DNA of 64,000 bases from Blastocladiella emersonii ATCC 22665 (lineage: Eukaryota > Fungi > Blastocladiomycota): contig JANHCV010000008.1 in NCBI GenBank assembly GCA_025594325.1, positions 1,736,001 through 1,800,000 of the forward strand, written 5' to 3'. Numbering within the stretch: position 1 is the first letter of the stretch; each line of letters begins with the position of its first letter. The translations under genes were made by a program, and so were the position numbers. The notes beneath the pieces are model-generated. The model was given only the letters and a program-made list of their open reading frames with translations. It was not told the DNA's origin and did no database searches. Positions 57,619 through 64,000 of the stretch are shown here, in pieces.

Positions 57619-58965
57619 CGTACCAAACCAGCCACGTAGACAATTGTCATGGTAGTCGAACAAAACCATATTCAAATCTTTGACTACACGCTTGTCCAGC
57701 TAGCCAGGGACCCATAAATCACAGTATCGACCCAACTAAATATTTGACAACAGAAAAATAGTAAACCAACCTCGTACATAATTGTCATGGTACTCAAACA
57801 AAACCATATTCAAAACCTTGACTTCCCGCATGTCCAGCTGGCCAGGGACCCACAAATCACAGTATCGAACCAACAAAGTATCTGACAACAGAAATATGGT
57901 ACAACAGCCACGCGGATAATTGTCATGGTACTCAATCAAAACCATATGTTAATCTTTGCTTTCCTGCATGTCCAGCTGGCCAGGGACCCAAAAGTCCCAG
58001 TATCGAACCAACAAAGTATCTGACAACAGAAATATAGTAAACAATCCACGCAGATCATTGTCGTGGTACTTAATCAAAACCATATTCTAATCTTTGCTTT
58101 CCCGCATGTCAAGCTGGTTGAGGACCCATAAATCGTAAAGTCGAACCAAAAAAATATCTGGCCATAGAGATATAGTAGACCAGCCACTCTGGCAATTGTC
58201 ATGGTACTCAAACAAAACCATATTCAAATCTTTGACCTCCCGCATGCCCATGTGGGCAAGGACCTATAGATCAGAGTATCGTACCAAGAAAATATCTGAC
58301 CATGGAAATATAGTATACCAGCCACGTAGGTAATTGTCATGGCACTCAAACGAAACCATAGTCAAGTCTTTGACTATTCACATGTCCAGCTGGTTGAGGA
58401 CCCATAAATCGTAACGTCAAAGCAACAATATTTCCGACCATGGAAGTATAGTAAACCAGCCACTCTGGCAATTGTCATGGTACTCAAACAAAACCATACT
58501 CAACTCTATGACTTCCCACATGTCCAGCAGGTTGGACACCCACAAATCACAGTATCAAACCAACAAAATATCTGACCACAGGAGTATATATAACCGACCA
58601 CGTAGGTAATTGCCTTGATACTCAAACAAAACCATATTCAAATCTTTCACTTCCCGCTTGTCCAGCTAGCCAGGGACCCATAAATCACAGTATCACAGCA
58701 ACACAATATCTGACCAAAGAAATATCGTAAACCAGCCACGTAGATAATTGTCATGGTACTCAAACAAAACCATACTCAAATCTTCGAGCGCCCCATGTCC
58801 AGGTGGGCAAGGGCCTATAAATCACAGTATTGAACCAAGGAAATACCTGACTGACGATCGGGATGTATCAAACCTGCCACGCTGATAATTGTCATGGTAC
58901 TCAAACATAACCATACTCAGCCAAATCTTCGCATACCCTCACGTCCAGGTGGGCAAGGAACCAAA
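57619..58965 (+). repeat. Block of ten diverged ~138-bp AT-rich monomers inside each 3,049-bp unit (equivalent blocks ~54705-55915, ~60668-62014 and from ~63717)
   Basis: Anchor ATTGTCATGG or variants at 57643, 57781, 57919, 58057, 58195, 58333, 58471, 58609, 58747 and 58888. Confidence 0.95.
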
Positions 58966-61900
58966 GCGCCAGATATTCAAATCTACCGCTTTGTGCACAC
59001 TCCACTAGCCAACTCTTCGATCCCCTAATTATGGAGCCCGTCGTCAAAGTACACGGTCCAATCAACCAAGTAAACAGCCAACCTGCCAACTTGCCTACCT
59101 GCTATCCGAACACCCACACCGCCTTGCAAGTCATTGGGGGCCCGCGCTCTCTGGTTGCCGTCCCGGCCAACAAAGGAAGGAATGATGAGCCCTGGCAGCC
59201 TGGCAGCCTGCCACTCTGACAGCTCGACTGACAGCGCCCACCCAGTAGATATTATCTATCTCGTAGGTAGTCTGCGAGGACTTTGTTAGTCAATACACGA
59301 CCAGTCTCCTCCTGGCTGCCGGCTCTGCTGTCCACTCCAAGTCCTGCATGATGATGGGCCATGGAGGGTTCAGAGCAGCTCCTCTGTCTATCCGCGTGAA
59401 ACCACTCACCCGCTGACGGATGTACACCGCGCACCGTGCAGCGCGCACAGCACACAGCGCCCGACGCACCACGCGGTGCGCACAAGGCGCAAACGGCCAC
59501 CCTGGTGTCACACACACTCGCATGAACGGCAGGCATGCAAGGCGTCCCCAACTCAACAATGATTTATCATCCAGGCTTACTACTCGCTCCAACGGGTGCG
59601 CCTGCCTGCCCTCCCAGTGCCGTTGATTGATTGATGGATGGGTGCGCCAGCCCCTATTGCCAGCCAAGTGGCAAGCAACACCACAGCACCTGCGTCGCCC
59701 TGGCCACCGTACCTTGCAAACTGCGTAGCAGCCGTACTGCTTCACAGGGCTGCAGAGGGCTGGCTGCGGAGGGCTGAGGCGGCAGGGCTCCTCCTGCAGG
59801 AAGGAGACAGTGCTGGCGCCAAGGAGTGCTAGGGACGACAAACTGAATGGTGAATGACCCACACACCACATGCTCCTGGCAGGAGTGCGTGTGGGCGTGC
59901 GGGCTTGTGTCCGTGCGTGCCTGTGTCCGTGCGTGCCTGGATTAGACCTCCATCACAAGCGCCAAGTGACCAAGTGACCAAGTGACCAAGTGACCAAGTG
60001 ACCAAGTGACCAAGGTGACCAAGTGACCAAGGTGACACACAAGCACCAAGCTAGGGTGGCCGGGCGGCCATGGAACGTACTGCATGGGTACCATTACCGT
60101 GGACTGGCCGCGGCCATTAATCGCAGCACAGCCCTGCCTGGCTCAGGACGCGGCGGGCGTGGGAGGCGGGTTGGGTAGATAGGTAGCAGCAGCAGCACCT
60201 GGCTAGCTGGCTGTCAAACAACACGAGTGAAGGGGTGCGTGAGGGAGGGTGTGTTGAATGAATGGATGGGTGGATGCAAGCAGACCTTCATACGTGTCGT
60301 GCGTGATGAGGATTGGTTGGCCACCATCCACCAACGCCATGGCATGGCTGCGGGTGTCGCTGCGTGCGCCTTGGCGGGTGGTGTTGGTGGGTGGTGTTGG
60401 TGGTGGGTGCTGTGGTGGTAGTGGAGCTAAAGTGGTGTCGTGGGGCTCTTGGGGTCCCCTTTCCTTCCTGTCTGGCCTAGGTGGGTGGGTGGGTGGGTGG
60501 GCGGACGTAGCGCGCATGCGGGCGGGCAAGGTAGGAACGTTGCTCACGCAATGGATCATGTATTTCATGGAACGTAGTCTGGACAGCAGCAGAGAGGGGG
60601 ATGTCCGGCCCAACCGGACCCTCCACGAATCACAATATGCACGCAATGAATTGACCGATGATAGGGCCGTACCAAACCAGCCACGTAGACAATTGTCATG
60701 GTAGTCGAACAAAACCATATTCAAATCTTTGACTACACGCTTGTCCAGCTAGCCAGGGACCCATAAATCACAGTATCGACCCAACTAAATATTTGACAAC
60801 AGAAAAATAGTAAACCAACCTCGTACATAATTGTCATGGTACTCAAACAAAACCATATTCAAAACCTTGACTTCCCGCATGTCCAGCTGGCCAGGGACCC
60901 ACAAATCACAGTATCGAACCAACAAAGTATCTGACAACAGAAATATGGTACAACAGCCACGCGGATAATTGTCATGGTACTCAATCAAAACCATATGTTA
61001 ATCTTTGCTTTCCTGCATGTCCAGCTGGCCAGGGACCCAAAAGTCCCAGTATCGAACCAACAAAGTATCTGACAACAGAAATATAGTAAACAATCCACGC
61101 AGATCATTGTCGTGGTACTTAATCAAAACCATATTCTAATCTTTGCTTTCCCGCATGTCAAGCTGGTTGAGGACCCATAAATCGTAAAGTCGAACCAAAA
61201 AAATATCTGGCCATAGAGATATAGTAGACCAGCCACTCTGGCAATTGTCATGGTACTCAAACAAAACCATATTCAAATCTTTGACCTCCCGCATGCCCAT
61301 GTGGGCAAGGACCTATAGATCAGAGTATCGTACCAAGAAAATATCTGACCATGGAAATATAGTATACCAGCCACGTAGGTAATTGTCATGGCACTCAAAC
61401 GAAACCATAGTCAAGTCTTTGACTATTCACATGTCCAGCTGGTTGAGGACCCATAAATCGTAACGTCAAAGCAACAATATTTCCGACCATGGAAGTATAG
61501 TAAACCAGCCACTCTGGCAATTGTCATGGTACTCAAACAAAACCATACTCAACTCTATGACTTCCCACATGTCCAGCAGGTTGGACACCCACAAATCACA
61601 GTATCAAACCAACAAAATATCTGACCACAGGAGTATATATAACCGACCACGTAGGTAATTGCCTTGATACTCAAACAAAACCATATTCAAATCTTTCACT
61701 TCCCGCTTGTCCAGCTAGCCAGGGACCCATAAATCACAGTATCACAGCAACACAATATCTGACCAAAGAAATATCGTAAACCAGCCACGTAGATAATTGT
61801 CATGGTACTCAAACAAAACCATACTCAAATCTTCGAGCGCCCCATGTCCAGGTGGGCAAGGGCCTATAAATCACAGTATTGAACCAAGGAAATACCTGAC

Positions 61901-64000
61901 TGACGATCGGGATGTATCAAACCTGCCACGCTGATAATTGTCATGGTACTCAAACATAACCATACTCAGCCAAATCTTCGCATACCCTCACGTCCAGGTG
62001 GGCAAGGAACCAAAGCGCCAGATATTCAAATCTACCGCTTTGTGCACACTCCACTAGCCAACTCTTCGATCCCCTAATTATGGAGCCCGTCGTCAAAGTA
62101 CACGGTCCAATCAACCAAGTAAACAGCCAACCTGCCAACTTGCCTACCTGCTATCCGAACACCCACACCGCCTTGCAAGTCATTGGGGGCCCGCGCTCTC
62201 TGGTTGCCGTCCCGGCCAACAAAGGAAGGAATGATGAGCCCTGGCAGCCTGGCAGCCTGCCACTCTGACAGCTCGACTGACAGCGCCCACCCAGTAGATA
62301 TTATCTATCTCGTAGGTAGTCTGCGAGGACTTTGTTAGTCAATACACGACCAGTCTCCTCCTGGCTGCCGGCTCTGCTGTCCACTCCAAGTCCTGCATGA
62401 TGATGGGCCATGGAGGGTTCAGAGCAGCTCCTCTGTCTATCCGCGTGAAACCACTCACCCGCTGACGGATGTACACCGCGCACCGTGCAGCGCGCACAGC
62501 ACACAGCGCCCGACGCACCACGCGGTGCGCACAAGGCGCAAACGGCCACCCTGGTGTCACACACACTCGCATGAACGGCAGGCATGCAAGGCGTCCCCAA
62601 CTCAACAATGATTTATCATCCAGGCTTACTACTCGCTCCAACGGGTGCGCCTGCCTGCCCTCCCAGTGCCGTTGATTGATTGATGGATGGGTGCGCCAGC
62701 CCCTATTGCCAGCCAAGTGGCAAGCAACACCACAGCACCTGCGTCGCCCTGGCCACCGTACCTTGCAAACTGCGTAGCAGCCGTACTGCTTCACAGGGCT
62801 GCAGAGGGCTGGCTGCGGAGGGCTGAGGCGGCAGGGCTCCTCCTGCAGGAAGGAGACAGTGCTGGCGCCAAGGAGTGCTAGGGACGACAAACTGAATGGT
62901 GAATGACCCACACACCACATGCTCCTGGCAGGAGTGCGTGTGGGCGTGCGGGCTTGTGTCCGTGCGTGCCTGTGTCCGTGCGTGCCTGGATTAGACCTCC
63001 ATCACAAGCGCCAAGTGACCAAGTGACCAAGTGACCAAGTGACCAAGTGACCAAGTGACCAAGGTGACCAAGTGACCAAGGTGACACACAAGCACCAAGC
63101 TAGGGTGGCCGGGCGGCCATGGAACGTACTGCATGGGTACCATTACCGTGGACTGGCCGCGGCCATTAATCGCAGCACAGCCCTGCCTGGCTCAGGACGC
63201 GGCGGGCGTGGGAGGCGGGTTGGGTAGATAGGTAGCAGCAGCAGCACCTGGCTAGCTGGCTGTCAAACAACACGAGTGAAGGGGTGCGTGAGGGAGGGTG
63301 TGTTGAATGAATGGATGGGTGGATGCAAGCAGACCTTCATACGTGTCGTGCGTGATGAGGATTGGTTGGCCACCATCCACCAACGCCATGGCATGGCTGC
63401 GGGTGTCGCTGCGTGCGCCTTGGCGGGTGGTGTTGGTGGGTGGTGTTGGTGGTGGGTGCTGTGGTGGTAGTGGAGCTAAAGTGGTGTCGTGGGGCTCTTG
63501 GGGTCCCCTTTCCTTCCTGTCTGGCCTAGGTGGGTGGGTGGGTGGGTGGGCGGACGTAGCGCGCATGCGGGCGGGCAAGGTAGGAACGTTGCTCACGCAA
63601 TGGATCATGTATTTCATGGAACGTAGTCTGGACAGCAGCAGAGAGGGGGATGTCCGGCCCAACCGGACCCTCCACGAATCACAATATGCACGCAATGAAT
63701 TGACCGATGATAGGGCCGTACCAAACCAGCCACGTAGACAATTGTCATGGTAGTCGAACAAAACCATATTCAAATCTTTGACTACACGCTTGTCCAGCTA
63801 GCCAGGGACCCATAAATCACAGTATCGACCCAACTAAATATTTGACAACAGAAAAATAGTAAACCAACCTCGTACATAATTGTCATGGTACTCAAACAAA
63901 ACCATATTCAAAACCTTGACTTCCCGCATGTCCAGCTGGCCAGGGACCCACAAATCACAGTATCGAACCAACAAAGTATCTGACAACAGAAATATGGTAC

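Larger units (their letters stand above)
54705..64000 (+). repeat. Tandem array with 3,049-bp period (about 3 units visible, continues past the window end)
   Basis: Identical ORF translations recur at +3049 and +6098 (for example 55852, 58901, 61950). Confidence 0.98.

Noticed and set aside
57619-58965. 138-bp monomer as a 46-codon protein repeat (minus-strand MVLFEYHDN... frame)
   Set aside because: The period is a multiple of three, but the frame is broken by stops in several monomers and lacks the genome's codon bias. A remote coding origin cannot be fully excluded.
54705-64000. CRISPR array or rDNA/5S repeat
   Set aside because: Eukaryotic context; no constant short repeats with unique spacers; no recognisable rRNA or 5S sequence in the unit.
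1-64000. tRNA or other structured RNA genes
   Set aside because: None recognised by eye; tRNAscan-SE and Infernal would be needed to exclude them.

Overview
Eukaryotic, GC-rich, gene-dense DNA with short GT-AG introns (44-101 nt; CTRAC branch points). It most likely comes from an early-diverging (Blastocladiomycota-like) fungus; this is an inference from gene content, not a taxonomic call. There are three zones. (1) 1-5 kb: a small hairpin/MITE-like structure, an M36 fungalysin and an unknown repeat protein. (2) 5.0-35.0 kb: a giant inverted repeat. Its two 9,523-bp arms (5039-14561 and 25454-34976; mirror coordinates sum to 40015) differ at only one position that I could detect. Each arm carries an ITPK1-like kinase apparently spliced to a RING-like zinc finger, YTH1/CPSF30, a low-complexity ORF and a cryptic intron-containing region. 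The arms enclose a 10,892-bp unique spacer holding two head-to-head, strongly diverged paralogous genes for predicted signal-peptide plus transmembrane proteins of unknown family. (3) 35-64 kb: single-copy housekeeping genes (COA3, DUF1275, BRPF/NTO1, bacterial-type cytidylate kinase, SEC2, calcineurin B), then three truncated RNase H-type LINE fragments around an orientation switch of a satellite, then a 3,049-bp tandem higher-order repeat (ten diverged ~138-bp monomers plus a ~1.7-kb non-monomeric segment) running off the window end. The best candidate for an undescribed system is the nested palindrome: a potentially invertible cassette of two paralogous surface-protein genes bounded by homogenised 9.5-kb arms. 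An assembly artefact for the arms must be excluded first. All gene models and alignments were made by hand.
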